Below are positions 176,785 through 188,324 of a DNA stretch of 248,000 nucleotides, in pieces; position 1 is the first letter of the stretch; every line of letters begins with the position of its first letter. Source of the stretch: Andalucia godoyi And28 (Eukaryota > Protista > Jakobida); the NCBI GenBank assembly GCA_009859145.1, contig VRVR01000021.1:20001-268000 (forward strand), read 5' to 3'. The notes under the pieces are model-generated. The model made no database searches, had not been told where the DNA came from, and saw only the letters and a list, made by a program, of their open reading frames with translations. Position numbers and translations under genes: made by a program.

Positions 176785-177384
176785 TTACTCGGCATGCGAA
176801 TGACCGTTCGCGACGATTGTCTCTGGAATACGGGGCTCAGACGGTTGGTGATTCCGGGGCTGCAACAAGTGCTGGTACCTTGTCTTCAGCTCATAGTGCT
176901 CCACCTGTGCCTTGACAAAACCGCCAACACAAAGAGCAGCCATGACGATGGTCGTGCTCAGCGCTAGCGCCATGACAGCAATGAACATGATTCTGACTGA
177001 TGGATCTTGCTCCTGATCGCTGTCATCATCACCGGAATTGCTTGATGTGGCACCAAACGTTTCGATTTTTTTGTGCATTCGGTTGTCAATCTCGTCAAGT
177101 TCTGGATGAGTTGCAGGGTGGCCCATTGTTTGTTGTCGAAAATATTCCAGTATCGCAGACAGCCACATTCCGCCCGTTTCCTGGAGCTTGATCGACACAC
177201 TGTTGGTAGTTTCTGTCGCATAGTACCGAAAGCTTCTTCGTAGATCGGGTGCCATCATCACCCCCATCACCGCAATGATCACAAGAAACAACACAATCGA
177301 CCGCTGCCGAATCTGCTTGCTGTGCGTTCGCACATACACCCGATGGTACTCCTCGGGATGCCGATGCGGAATAGAACTAAACAT
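176785..177384 (-). CDS. Hypothetical two-TM protein
   Basis: 199 aa, two hydrophobic segments. Confidence 0.5.
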   Translation of the reverse strand: MFSSIPHRHPEEYHRVYVRTHSKQIRQRSIVLFLVIIAVMGVMMAPDLRRSFRYYATETTNSVSIKLQETGGMWLSAILEYFRQQTMGHPATHPELDEIDNRMHKKIETFGATSSNSGDDDSDQEQDPSVRIMFIAVMALALSTTIVMAALCVGGFVKAQVEHYELKTRYQHLLQPRNHQPSEPRIPETIVANGHSHAE

Positions 177385-177815
177385 TTATACTTACCTTAGC
177401 AGCCGTGCTTTCTAACTCCCTTTTTTTGTTTTGTTGTTGATGCATTCCACCTTCAAACACTCGGGGTGAAGTAAGACGTTTCCTTAAAAGCCGCCCCCCT
177501 CTTCTCATATGTTTCGTGATACAAAAAAAAAATATGTACTCCGTATATAAAACCGCAATGAAAACATACAACCATAGGACAAAACACACTTCCACCTCGA
177601 CGCACTTGACTTCCTCTGCGTCACGTGCAGAAGTCCCCCCAAACGTGCACACCGTCTGGCCCACCGCTCACTGTACGGTTGTGCATCGCTTGATTCTGAG
177701 GAGGGGTTTTTGGCGCCTCTTTCGCCGACTTTTTGCAGATCAGGTGCTCGCAGAAGAATATCGTTTCTGGACTGGAGACGCAGAAAAACAGACAAAGACA
177801 GAGAGGGAAAGAGGG

Positions 177816-180338
177816 ATGAGAAAAGTGTCAGGGGATGAATCACAGACGAGCGCAAGAAGGTTGTTGTTGGATGACGCAGACTCTCTGGCGTTCCTGTACA
177901 GAACGTGTCCGGACCTATTCGAGTATCATGTGTTTCTGTTCAGCGATGTTGTTTATTCGTATGATCCATCGGCGCCGCGGTTGCGACGAGATGAGAACCT
178001 CCGGGTGCTTTTGGATGGAAGACATGTTCTTGTAATGCATCCTCCATCCGAGGATTACGACGCTCCGTTTCTGACGTTCTTTGGAACCAGTTCTGTGATC
178101 GACAGCTACAAGTATTGGACAGCACGAGCCACGGCATATCCGGGATTGAATACGCAGTCATCCGAGCTTTTTGCTTCGCTGTCTTTCCAAGCTGGGCGAT
178201 GTGGGTACTGGAATATCGATAAGCTGATGGAGCCTCCGTCGAAAGCAGTCTCAAATTCGTTCGTGCGGTTTGCGAGAGTCCAGTCTGCGTTCATTCTGCG
178301 GGAATTTCTGCATTACTTCAGAGGGCTCGATTTCAATGCTCGAGACGCATTCTTCAAATTCTCGGAGCGGCTTCCCGCACAAGAAATCAAGCAGTTTGAT
178401 TTTCAAGATTTGGTAGAACGGACAAGGAAAAACGATCTTGCTCCAACTCCACCACTTATGGTTTCCGATGCAATCGTCACCGAAGTCGCCAGGCAGGAAG
178501 CTCATCGGCAGCAGCTGGATCAGCTGGATCAGCTGGCGAAGGATCAGCAACAGAACGGAATTGCAAACACAAGCCATCCCGTACCACCACCCGCGGATGC
178601 TGCCGTCTTGTCTGCACAGCTGTCGCCTCAAACGTCGCCCCAACGGTCGCCTCGCCGATCTCCTCCGCAGGCACGACCTGTGAATTTCATTGAAGCACGT
178701 TCTAGTCTTGTCAGTGCACCGTCACTGAGGCGGTTGGTTGCGGCGCCATTGGGGTCGTCCGCTGTTTCTCAGACACGGATTCAGGAAGTAGAGGCAATTC
178801 ACGGAGCGCTGCAGGTTTTGATCGCGTATGATGAGAACGATCACATGTTGCCGTGGTACGTGGATCCGTTGGGCGAACAGCCTCCTTCACCCTCACGGAA
178901 ACAGAAGCTGTTCGAAGTTTTTGCAACTTGTGGACTTCTGGACATTCTATGGAGATGCGAAAACTTTCAGTCCTTTTTCGACCTATTGTCAAGATATCTC
179001 GAATTGCGAGATTTGGACATGTTAGTCGGGTATCTTACGTCTTGCAAAAACGGTCTTGTTTTTCCTTGGCACTTTAACCATCTAATGTCTGCTATCGTCG
179101 CGAAAGCGCTGCTTTGCAAATACGATCGCAAGGTGGAGCGGGGCAAGCGCCCTGCGATGGATAAGGATGTGCCACGTTTGCACCCCTTTGTATCCCAGAA
179201 TTGGCGGTTCCTTGTGCTTTCCAAGTTCAAATTTGCCGAGTTGTGCCTCCTGACGGAAAAGGGAGCAGAGGCAGCAAAGTTGTTGGCCGACAAGGATGTT
179301 CAGGTTGTCTCCTTCCATGTTCGCAAGCTTTTGAAGCAATTGTCCAGCTCTTTCCGCAGCGTTATGAAGTCCGCTTCAAAATTGCCCATTGTACATATGG
179401 TGGATCAAGCCCAGACGTGTTATCGCGGCGTTATTCCAGTGTTCTGTTTTGATGTGGAGGGATTCAAGGAGTACGTGAATGCAACGCGGACATGGATCCT
179501 CGTATCTGCTTTTGCTCATGGATTCAGCTGTGGGACACAAGCCACTCGGTGCGCAGAGCAGCTGATTGTTGATGGTGTCCTGTTCGAACCGGATCCATCG
179601 GCGGATGATGAGCCACCCGCAAAGCTCCGTCGATCATCATCTGCCGACGAGGGCAGTGATGCCAAGATTTTATCCAGACCATCGATTCCTTTTCCGCTTC
179701 TCAATAGCGATGATCATGGGTATGTCCACATGTGCATTTGGAAGAACGTTTCAAGCCTCCAGATGGAGGCGCAAGCCAACTGGGAGTCGTTTTTCAGCTC
179801 GCATTCACGATCATCATTGAATCTTCTTCCCTACACGTATCTCGTCTTTGTCCCAGCCTCCAAGGCATTTCGAAAGTCTCTGAAAAATCTGCTTCCAGAA
179901 TCCCTTCTTCTAATCTGCGCAGATTATGAAGAAAACGTGGCCGCTGGGGGACGAGAGTACCTTGAGCTTCGTGAATGTGTGGTTGCGATGCAGTATCCAT
180001 TTGCCAAGAAGGCGACAGTGGATCTGACGGACGAAGCGAACGGCAATGATTCTCGAATTGCAGATATTCAGGCCTTTGCGCAATCCACACAAAGTCGTAG
180101 TCGTCCTACTGTTCTTCGTGTCATGATGTTGTTCCGCCTTGGAGGGCTACGAATCGCTCCGACGTGCATCCCGTCTCTGAAGGACTGTGTGAACAAGCTC
180201 AATCCGTACGTGATGCCTTCTCTTCGCCGGAGCCTTCGCGACATTGCTGTTTCGCTTTTGGGGATCGATGACGATCAAGAACGCGAGCGCATGCTGAAAG
180301 AGTACTGCGAGGGCATATTTACTGTAGAGGATTCGTAA
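177816..180338 (+). CDS. Hypothetical protein
   Basis: 840 aa frame. Confidence 0.6.
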   Translation: MRKVSGDESQTSARRLLLDDADSLAFLYRTCPDLFEYHVFLFSDVVYSYDPSAPRLRRDENLRVLLDGRHVLVMHPPSEDYDAPFLTFFGTSSVIDSYKYWTARATAYPGLNTQSSELFASLSFQAGRCGYWNIDKLMEPPSKAVSNSFVRFARVQSAFILREFLHYFRGLDFNARDAFFKFSERLPAQEIKQFDFQDLVERTRKNDLAPTPPLMVSDAIVTEVARQEAHRQQLDQLDQLAKDQQQNGIANTSHPVPPPADAAVLSAQLSPQTSPQRSPRRSPPQARPVNFIEARSSLVSAPSLRRLVAAPLGSSAVSQTRIQEVEAIHGALQVLIAYDENDHMLPWYVDPLGEQPPSPSRKQKLFEVFATCGLLDILWRCENFQSFFDLLSRYLELRDLDMLVGYLTSCKNGLVFPWHFNHLMSAIVAKALLCKYDRKVERGKRPAMDKDVPRLHPFVSQNWRFLVLSKFKFAELCLLTEKGAEAAKLLADKDVQVVSFHVRKLLKQLSSSFRSVMKSASKLPIVHMVDQAQTCYRGVIPVFCFDVEGFKEYVNATRTWILVSAFAHGFSCGTQATRCAEQLIVDGVLFEPDPSADDEPPAKLRRSSSADEGSDAKILSRPSIPFPLLNSDDHGYVHMCIWKNVSSLQMEAQANWESFFSSHSRSSLNLLPYTYLVFVPASKAFRKSLKNLLPESLLLICADYEENVAAGGREYLELRECVVAMQYPFAKKATVDLTDEANGNDSRIADIQAFAQSTQSRSRPTVLRVMMLFRLGGLRIAPTCIPSLKDCVNKLNPYVMPSLRRSLRDIAVSLLGIDDDQERERMLKEYCEGIFTVEDS

Positions 180339-181026
180339 GAATTACCACTGTTATTAAGGGGATTTTTGTTAATTTAAAGTTTACAGCCAACCGCAGTGAT
180401 GTGAGATGATGCTTTTTTTGGTTAGAAAGCCGCCTATTTTGGAATGAACTGCCGCTACGGTTGGCGAAAATAAAAAAGTTGGCGCGCACACCGTTTGGAC
180501 GAAGGATTTCTGTGTGCTGAATGGTTTACGAAATAAAAAACGATCTCCAGATGAAACTGCAAACAATCTTAAAACACGCCTACTTATGAAGCGCACGGAA
180601 AACTTGGAAATGGAAAGCCAGGACCCTACATCACTGAGAGAAAACGACAGCGGGGCCGCAGCAGGGCCGACCACGAACATTGCAAGACAGGAAATAGCTC
180701 CTTCGAATCATGATTCCATATTTTGACTACAGCGTGCAGGAATGCATGCCGTGATCCTACGTGGCACCTTCGAAAAAATCTGCAAGAAAACATCAAATGA
180801 AAACACTTTTCGAGTGCGTTCATTCGCGTGAGCGGTGTTGTGCCCGGATTTATTCAACAGTACAGCTGCCCCAGCTGCGGCAGTTCATTCCAGAAAAGAC
180901 GTCTTTCTAACCAAAAAAAACATCATCTCACATCACTGCAGTTGGTTGTAATTAACTAAAAAGAAAATATTCGTACTTGCTTGAATCTTGCACTGGCTGG
181001 ACATGCGGGCGAGGTTACAGGCTTTT

Positions 181027-181748
181027 TTACAGCTTCCAGGCGCTTCGGACCATTTCCTCAAAGTAGTCATCCGTATCGATCGAAGCACTGATGTCTGCAT
181101 AGTAGTCAAGCCACTCGTCCTGCGAGATCTTCCCATCCTTGTTCCCCTTGGTTCCTTCAAAGGTCTGGAGGAATCCATCAAGGACCTGCCTTTCGGTGAG
181201 TTCTCCAGCACGAACCTTCGGATGGTTCTTCGCATTGTACACTCCGGAAATGTCATTAAACGAGATTTCTCCAGAACCATCCTTGTCAAACTTTGCAAAA
181301 GCAAGCAATGCAACCTTTTTGCGCGCTTCATTCAAGTCTCCACGCACTGCCCGAAGGAACTCATCGAGATTGAGAGTTCCAGACCCATCGCGGTCAAACG
181401 AGCTAATTAGCGTCGCAGCCTCTGCTTTCGACACCTTCACTCCATAGTCAGAAAGCCCGCTCGAAATCTCCTCTGCATCAAGCTGATCATTTTGTTTAGT
181501 ATTCAAGCTTACATCAAAATCCATCTCAAAAGAAATATTCAAAAAACAACAACAACAAACAAACAAAAAAAAAAACACATTCAAACACACCAAGAAAATG
181601 CGGGAGGATGAAAGAGAGAACGGAAGAAACGTACTTGGCGGTTTCGATTGTTGTCGAGATTACGAAGAACCGAGGCAAGTCCGCGCTGGGACATGCTTCC
181701 GCGGGACTTCAAGCCACTGCGAATACGGTCAAGGATAGCTTCTGCCAT
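181027..181748 (-). CDS. CAPS: Calcyphosin-like EF-hand protein, one intron
   Basis: DRDGSGTLNLDEF, YNAKNHPKV, EWLDYYADISASID. Confidence 0.9.
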
Positions 181749-182221
181749 CTGTGAAAATAATAATAATAATAACGAATCAGCTCGATCTCTCGATAAGGAA
181801 GGAAGAAAGAAGAAAAGAAACGGCAAACTGAAAGTAAATCCAAGAGAAGAAAACTGCTCCTTAGACATGTCATGGGTCTCAGGTTTGGGGAGACCCAAGT
181901 GGGTCTGGGTCTTTGGAATGGCCTTGTCGGGTCAGACGCCGGGTCTGCGGCGAAATGTGATTACGACAGCTACAGTATATAGCAAAAGTCTTCTGTCGGT
182001 AAGACGTTGTTTGACGGCTCGGTTGCGTGTCACGCAGTGAAAACCAGAATATTTGTTTATTTTCTTGGAGAAGTGATTTTGCTCTTCTTATGGGTTAAAA
182101 GGAGGGCATCAGATTCCATTCTGATCGTCGTTGGTGCTGGCTTTGCACATCGAGACAGTCGAATCGTCTGTTTTGTCATTCAAAAATTGTGAGTCATCAT
182201 TCTCATGATGGCCACCTTCGG

Positions 182222-182773
182222 TCACCCATTCGCGCACGAGTCGCCTTCGTGGCAGAGCGCGGTGCACCGACGGTTGTTCTTGATGCATGGACAGTGTGAG
182301 CTGGAGCATTTCTTTTTCGCTCTCCTACAGTTACAGAAGCGCGGTCCGTCGTTTGACAATATTGGCTCGATACCCGTTGAATGCTTCATCCCAGCTTCGG
182401 AGACGGATATCGTTTCCACTGTCTCTTGGCTTTGGTATTTTTGGAACATGGCTCGGAGTTGCGCATCTTGGTTTGTTGTTCCTTTGGGAGCAAGTGCCAC
182501 GAGAGCAGAAGACTTCATCGCGGGCTCAACTAGCTTTCCTTCAAAGAGGACCTTGTATGAATCCATCGGCTTTCCTGTTCTTCGGTTGCGCATCCGCTCT
182601 GCGACAACTCCAGGCTGTCTCACTGTCTTCGAAAGCAGATCATGATCGCGACACGGTACTGTGGATGAGCTTGGTGCACAGCGCTCAGTCATGTTGAGTA
182701 GGTGTCGGATCGAAAGCAAGAAGAAATTGCAAAGGACCAATTGTTGACTTCTTTTCGCAAGCATCGCATTCAA
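182222..182773 (-). CDS. CXC/CRC-like Cys-rich C-terminal ORF, possibly transposon-derived
   Basis: CNC..KKC...CPCIKNNRRCTALCH...CAN. Confidence 0.45.
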   Translation of the reverse strand: MNAMLAKRSQQLVLCNFFLLSIRHLLNMTERCAPSSSTVPCRDHDLLSKTVRQPGVVAERMRNRRTGKPMDSYKVLFEGKLVEPAMKSSALVALAPKGTTNQDAQLRAMFQKYQSQETVETISVSEAGMKHSTGIEPILSNDGPRFCNCRRAKKKCSSSHCPCIKNNRRCTALCHEGDSCANG

Positions 182774-183450
182774 AGGTGAATGTGATGTTGACAGTGGAAA
182801 ACCCGGGACCTCCCTAGCCCTGGTCTATCACCGCCGCCATCGAGGATTGCAGCAGACACGTCGTAGAAATCCAAATTCTGTCTACCCAATCTCTGAAAAC
182901 ACATCAGGACAGGAACAGAAGTAAAAAGAAAACGGCAAGTGCAAAACACCACAGCAGCAAACGGGTCCGCAAGACAATTGCCTGGATGTGGAGATGACGG
183001 TTTCATTGCACAAGTGCTTCTGGCTGCACAGTTTCTCGATATGGGTAGAGCGGGAACGGAATCAGTGCTGCTGGACATCAGCGAGCTCGTTTCTGTGCTC
183101 TGAGCACAACGGCTGCGCAAAACGGAAGACTTGTGCAGAATCAGCAGGATGCCTGCCAAGCGTGTATCCAATGCACAATCTTGCTTCTGAGAGCAGTCCG
183201 TCGATGCAGGCGCATGCCGATGCACTAAATACATGAACAGCACAGAGAAAAACAGAAATGAATGATGGTTTTATGACCTAATTAATCAAAAAACACAACT
183301 CTGCAGGGAGGCAGCCAAAAGCGACGATTTTTGAGATACAAAGAGATATTGTTGTGGACGATGCATATACTCGAAATCGCATCTTGGTATTGAGTTGGAA
183401 CAGAGACATAACAGAAATGCGCAGCCATGCGAATCGACTTTGGACGGCTC

Positions 183451-183542
183451 AAACAAACGTGCTCGTGTCGGCCAGTATTGACCGTGTCTGTTTCTTCTGT
183501 ATACTTCCGTATGCATGACAATGACGTGTTATTATTCAGCGG
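183451..183542 (-). mobile_element. Family Fz-A left-end fragment
   Basis: CCGCTGAATAATAACACG..GGCCGACACGAGCACG. Confidence 0.7.
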
Positions 183543-183705
183543 TTGAATTTTTGGATTCTTGACTTCAGAGAGGTCATTCAGAAGTCAGAAGTCAGAACTT
183601 TCTTTGGTCCAAATGCAACGTGCTGCTGACGGATCACGGATCACGGAAGATGACATGCAAACTACAGAAGTCGATGAATTGCATTCGATTTACCAGTATC
183701 ACGAC

Positions 183706-186700
183706 TCAGGAAGACTTCAAGCCGTGCGCAATGATGACGGATACATCATCAAATCGGCGAGAGGTCTTGTTAAAGTTCCGTTCGCAGAGAAAATGTGCAA
183801 AAGTTTCGAGCAGACCGACGCGTTCTTCCGGGGTCCTCTTTGCAAGCTGGAACAGTCCATGGTCCTTTGATTTGTTGAGAACGTACATGTTCTCTTGATC
183901 AACACTGTGCTTGGAGGTTTTTTCGATGGATGGGAGATATGCCCATAATCCGTCTGAAGCAATGACCATCAGAAACTCACGAATTTCCCGGCCCCGTCGC
184001 AGAGATCGAAGCTCGTTCTTCGGCAACTTTGCAAGCATCTCGAGCAACACACGATCCTCTTCTTTGATTTCTGTTTGTGCAGACTGAGTGGGTGCTTCAT
184101 CCACCACTTCAACGGCGTCACTCTCTGGTGGGCCAGACTCCCTGCACAGAGCTTCCTCGGATGCATCGGCAGCTTCAACCGCACTCGAGGCAGAAACGGT
184201 CGAGGAAGCAGAAGAGGACGGGGAGAAGGAAGGTGAGTCATGCCGGATGTCCGTGTGGAGCAAGTCCAAGTCTCCAGAACCGTCTGTTTTGGAGGGGGTC
184301 TCGGCATCCTCAGCAGCGCACGATATGCCCTCCGTCCCAACGGATAGTGACGGTGGAGTCTGAAGTTTGGAAAAGAGCATTTCTGCAGCAGCGGAATCTG
184401 CAGTGTACGACTTGTCACCGAATACCCGGGCTTCTCCGCAACGAAGGACGCCCACTACACCAATATCCGGCTCAGCCAGCATCATCCTTCTGTTCGGAAG
184501 GAGCTTAAACAGGAAATCACCGAATGAGCGAGCAACGGAAAGACGTTTGGTAGGATCCAAGTGCAGACTCTCTGCAGCCTGACGATACTCGCTGTCGGAG
184601 CTCTTGACCGAAATCCCGCAGTCCCGGAACGCAAAACGCTCATGCGTCTCCAGCGTCGCGCGTTCCGCAAAAGGAACGTCCAAGATGCGGTCATTATGCG
184701 CAAGCAAGACGTCCTCGTACTCCTTGGGCTTCAGTGACTTTTTTGTGCCCGTAGAATGCGTCACAAACTGTCCATTCGCCCAGAAAGCATTTTCGAAACA
184801 GTCTGCCCGACCCCAGTAGTGATCATGAGTTGCATGGACCACCTCGGCGTCCGTCAGGACCACCAAACGAGAATCGCCAACATGCAGTGTTAGAATAAGC
184901 GAACCGACGACGAGGGCCATGCAAAACGTCGAACCGTCGTCCTGCAAGTGAGGCTTTCCTTGACGCATGAACAACTTCCGCGAGCCAAACGACATGTGGG
185001 TCAGCATGCCGCTTCCACCTGGATTTCCATTGAGACTCACGACGGACGCTTCTTCCGACACGCCCAGATCCGAAGACACTGGAGTGCTAGATGCGTTGCC
185101 ATTTCCGCCGTTCCCGCAACGAAGACTCTCGCAGATTCTTCTGGTTTCGGAAATATAGTCGTTGTCAACCGTCTCAAGCGCGGCACATATCCTGCTTTTG
185201 ACAGCCTCTGTTGCTTTTTCGCAGGCTTGGGCGAGTTCTTCGGTGGCCAACCCTTCCTTTGAAGATCCACAGTCCATTAAAAGATAATCGCACGGATGCT
185301 GCAGCACATCTTGCTGAATAATGCCGGGGATGCGTCGCATTATGAAGTCTGCGCACGTTGAACCACCATGGCCATCGGCGACCGCAAGAATCGTTCCTAC
185401 AGCCCCAGGTCCCTCTGAACTGTCCCATAAAATCTTTGCTACTGCCATCCTGTCTTCCATTGACTGCTTTTTCCGAGTGTCGCTGATCTGCCGAGTTCCG
185501 TCCACGTCATACCCAACCTTGTTCTTTGATGCTGCTGAAATGCGCAGAGATTCATGACGCTTCACAAGCTGTCGAAGTGCAGAAAAGTCCGACAGATCGG
185601 ATATGTTCTCAGCACTCGATACGTCCTCACTGCTGCCAAATCCAGAGGCCACCTCAGCCCATTCCAATGCCGACACCGCAATCGATCTCTCCGCATCCAA
185701 AAATCCAAACTCACTAGGAAGCTCGCCGTCCAGAATAGCAGTCAGTCGTCCGAACTTTTCAAGAGAGATTGCGACAGCATCAGCACCACCGACACCATCA
185801 TTATTATCACCATCATCATTGGCCTCATCTTCATCAAACTTAGCAGTGTCTATTGTTCGTTTCCGGGAGGCCTTCTTGGCGTTCCTCAAAGCAGCTTTTC
185901 TTTTAGGAACCGATTTTTTCGATTTGCTAGCCGCTTTGGAAGCAGCTGGCAAGCTCAATGAAAATTCCAAATTCCAGTCCGCGTGCCACGCATTGCCGAT
186001 CTCATTTCGTCTCCTCTTGCTCTTGCGACTGACCTCTGACCGATTCCATACATTTGTCAGCAGATACGTCATGTAAACAGGACTTTGTGCCACAATCGCC
186101 GCTACATCTCTGGCCTTCATTGCTGATTTTGCGATTCGTTTCTTGCAACCGGAAACAATGGAAACGCTTCTTGCAGCTCCAGATCCAACCGCCGAAAACA
186201 GATCTCGGAGAGAAACATACTCCAGAGACTCTTCATCTTGATCTCTTTCACTTGCTCCTTTCTCTTGGTTTTGTTGTTGTCGTCGCCGCGGAAGGACATG
186301 TGCAAGAGCGATGAAAAAAACATTTTCCAAAACCGAAATGTTGGATACTGGAATGTCCCAGGACATCATCCAATCATGAATCGACGCAAACACGGTATTC
186401 GAATCCAGATCCACAACCAATGGTGCGCCGCTCTCAAAGTGATAGAAACACATCGATATCGGTCGGTACGTATGAGCCAGATCAGACGGCAATAGCACAG
186501 TCGACAACGACTGGTAGTACGCCGCCGCCGAAGAAGAAGAAGATGATGATGAGAGTTTTGAAGCCGGCTTGCGCTTTGGAAGAATTCGCGGAATTCGAGG
186601 CCCAAAAAGCAGCATTTGGGTAGAAAACAGCTCGTGAAAATGGATCGAGAGGCACTGCAGGATCGGGGGCCGAGCGTACGTGGCTGATTTCGAAGCCCTT

Positions 186701-186909
186701 TGGTTCGACTTCATTCTTTCTTCTGTGGAGCGTTGTGCGGAGGGTGAGGCAGACGACACCAATGAGCTTAAAGCCTTGTAAAGAAGACGAAAACCAAAAA
186801 GCAAAAAGACAAAACACGAATGAATTTCATTATATAAGCATTTTTGGGTTTTCGTGCAAAAAAGAAATCGTCCAACTACAGCCGTTGATACTTGCAGTTT
186901 CCAAGTCAT
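183706..186909 (-). CDS. PP2C-family phosphatase with long N-terminal region
   Basis: SMEDR, VADGHGG, DDGST, HVGDSR, VARSFGD, IASDGLW, DDVSV; true start uncertain. Confidence 0.8.
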   Translation of the reverse strand: MTWKLQVSTAVVGRFLFCTKTQKCLYNEIHSCFVFLLFGFRLLYKALSSLVSSASPSAQRSTEERMKSNQRASKSATYARPPILQCLSIHFHELFSTQMLLFGPRIPRILPKRKPASKLSSSSSSSSAAAYYQSLSTVLLPSDLAHTYRPISMCFYHFESGAPLVVDLDSNTVFASIHDWMMSWDIPVSNISVLENVFFIALAHVLPRRRQQQNQEKGASERDQDEESLEYVSLRDLFSAVGSGAARSVSIVSGCKKRIAKSAMKARDVAAIVAQSPVYMTYLLTNVWNRSEVSRKSKRRRNEIGNAWHADWNLEFSLSLPAASKAASKSKKSVPKRKAALRNAKKASRKRTIDTAKFDEDEANDDGDNNDGVGGADAVAISLEKFGRLTAILDGELPSEFGFLDAERSIAVSALEWAEVASGFGSSEDVSSAENISDLSDFSALRQLVKRHESLRISAASKNKVGYDVDGTRQISDTRKKQSMEDRMAVAKILWDSSEGPGAVGTILAVADGHGGSTCADFIMRRIPGIIQQDVLQHPCDYLLMDCGSSKEGLATEELAQACEKATEAVKSRICAALETVDNDYISETRRICESLRCGNGGNGNASSTPVSSDLGVSEEASVVSLNGNPGGSGMLTHMSFGSRKLFMRQGKPHLQDDGSTFCMALVVGSLILTLHVGDSRLVVLTDAEVVHATHDHYWGRADCFENAFWANGQFVTHSTGTKKSLKPKEYEDVLLAHNDRILDVPFAERATLETHERFAFRDCGISVKSSDSEYRQAAESLHLDPTKRLSVARSFGDFLFKLLPNRRMMLAEPDIGVVGVLRCGEARVFGDKSYTADSAAAEMLFSKLQTPPSLSVGTEGISCAAEDAETPSKTDGSGDLDLLHTDIRHDSPSFSPSSSASSTVSASSAVEAADASEEALCRESGPPESDAVEVVDEAPTQSAQTEIKEEDRVLLEMLAKLPKNELRSLRRGREIREFLMVIASDGLWAYLPSIEKTSKHSVDQENMYVLNKSKDHGLFQLAKRTPEERVGLLETFAHFLCERNFNKTSRRFDDVSVIIAHGLKSS

Positions 186910-187644
186910 CCTACGACAGAACGATGATTATGGTTTTGCCCCTGGACAATTGAGTCGTAGGATCGATAGTCATGCAGCATTGCAATAGTATTGATGCAGT
187001 GTATCACGGGCAGATAAAAGAGTTCATATATATATATATATATAATGTATGTGTGTGTGTGTGAATAAATGAGAGTGAGGATTTACACAGCTTTTCCTGG
187101 ATGAAACTTGGAGAGAAATGCAAGCGTCAAGAGATGGGAAAAATCTGAGAAGAAAACATCATGGTCTAGCTCCCCGTCTGGATTCTTATAGACATTAAAA
187201 GTACAAAAGACCCTTAAAGAGAGCGTCCTTATCAAGAAAAGGAAAAGGAGAAAAAGAAAACAAAAGAAATACTAACAGAAGAAGTAAGCGAAAAGCGAAA
187301 AAATGAGGGAAATAAGCGAAATGGAGACACTTTGGAAGATTGCACGTTTGTCCTTGCAACTTTAAGTAATTCACCCCCCCGTTTTTTTATTTAATATTTT
187401 TTTACAGGCGGGAAAGCAGTCGGACAAGGCAGCGAGTGCCAGACGTGCGAAGGAACATAGCAAACGAGGAAGAGGAAGGGCCGAAGAGGGAGATTAGGCA
187501 ATTTACAAGGTGAAAGGGTTGTTGTTGTTGTTGTTGTTGTTGTGAGAAAGAAGACGCAGGAGAAGAAGAAGGAGGAATGCAAGAGTAGGAAATTTTAGAC
187601 TGTGCAGCTGGGTGATGATGGATTCTGGGATGGCTTGGAAGGAC

Positions 187645-188007
187645 CTATTTCGGAGGGGCCGCTCCAGAGACGGCTCGATCTGCGAGATAATCCGGCTGTG
187701 CAAGATGAATTCCACGTTCTGCAAGTGGAATGGAGAGATCGCCCGGCGTCAGGACAACCGCCGCTTCCTTTTTCGACGTTCTCTTGTCTCGGTTCCGCGC
187801 ATTCTGGATCGCCTCGTTGGAGATTTCAGAAATGTACTTTCGCGCCGCGAGTGCAATCAGCTTACGCACTACAGGATCCTCCGTCTCAAATCCAGCTTCC
187901 GCAAGCAAGTCGCACAGTACACCATCCGGAAGCTCGGGCTGGTACTCTTGAAGCTCCTTCAAAAGTTCCACAAGCGCACTCTTTTCCTTTTCCGCAGCTG
188001 CTGCCAT
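187645..188007 (-). CDS. TAF10: TFIID subunit 10
   Basis: YQPELPD, AGFETEDPVVRKLIALAARKYISEI, LAERGI..PDY. Confidence 0.92.
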   Translation of the reverse strand: MAAAAEKEKSALVELLKELQEYQPELPDGVLCDLLAEAGFETEDPVVRKLIALAARKYISEISNEAIQNARNRDKRTSKKEAAVVLTPGDLSIPLAERGIHLAQPDYLADRAVSGAAPPK

Positions 188008-188324
188008 CCCCTGTGTTTGTGTTTGTGTGTGTGCGTGTGTGGGCGGAGAGTCCTTGTTAGTAGCCGGGCGGAAATGCAGTGCAATTGGAAAGCATCAGCA
188101 AACATTTGCATATACTGCATTTGACAAGAGCAAAACATACTTGTTTACTATCGGGCGTTTTGTTTGCTACAACAGTTGGTGGGAGCTGGTGTTTTCAGAA
188201 ACGTCAGAATTCCAACGAGAATGCGTCGTTTGCGTTTCGCTGTCGAAACAGGAATGCATACATAAAGAAAGGAGAGAGAACAGTGATAGTGATAAGAAAG
188301 AGTTCTGAGAAGAGAGGGTGGGGA

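Noticed and set aside
181860-182100. RNase P/MRP or other structured RNA upstream of the calcyphosin gene (also considered 52750-53060 and 121980-122160)
   Set aside because: Could not identify the conserved CR-I/CR-V, SRP or snRNA motifs convincingly by eye; an Rfam scan is needed
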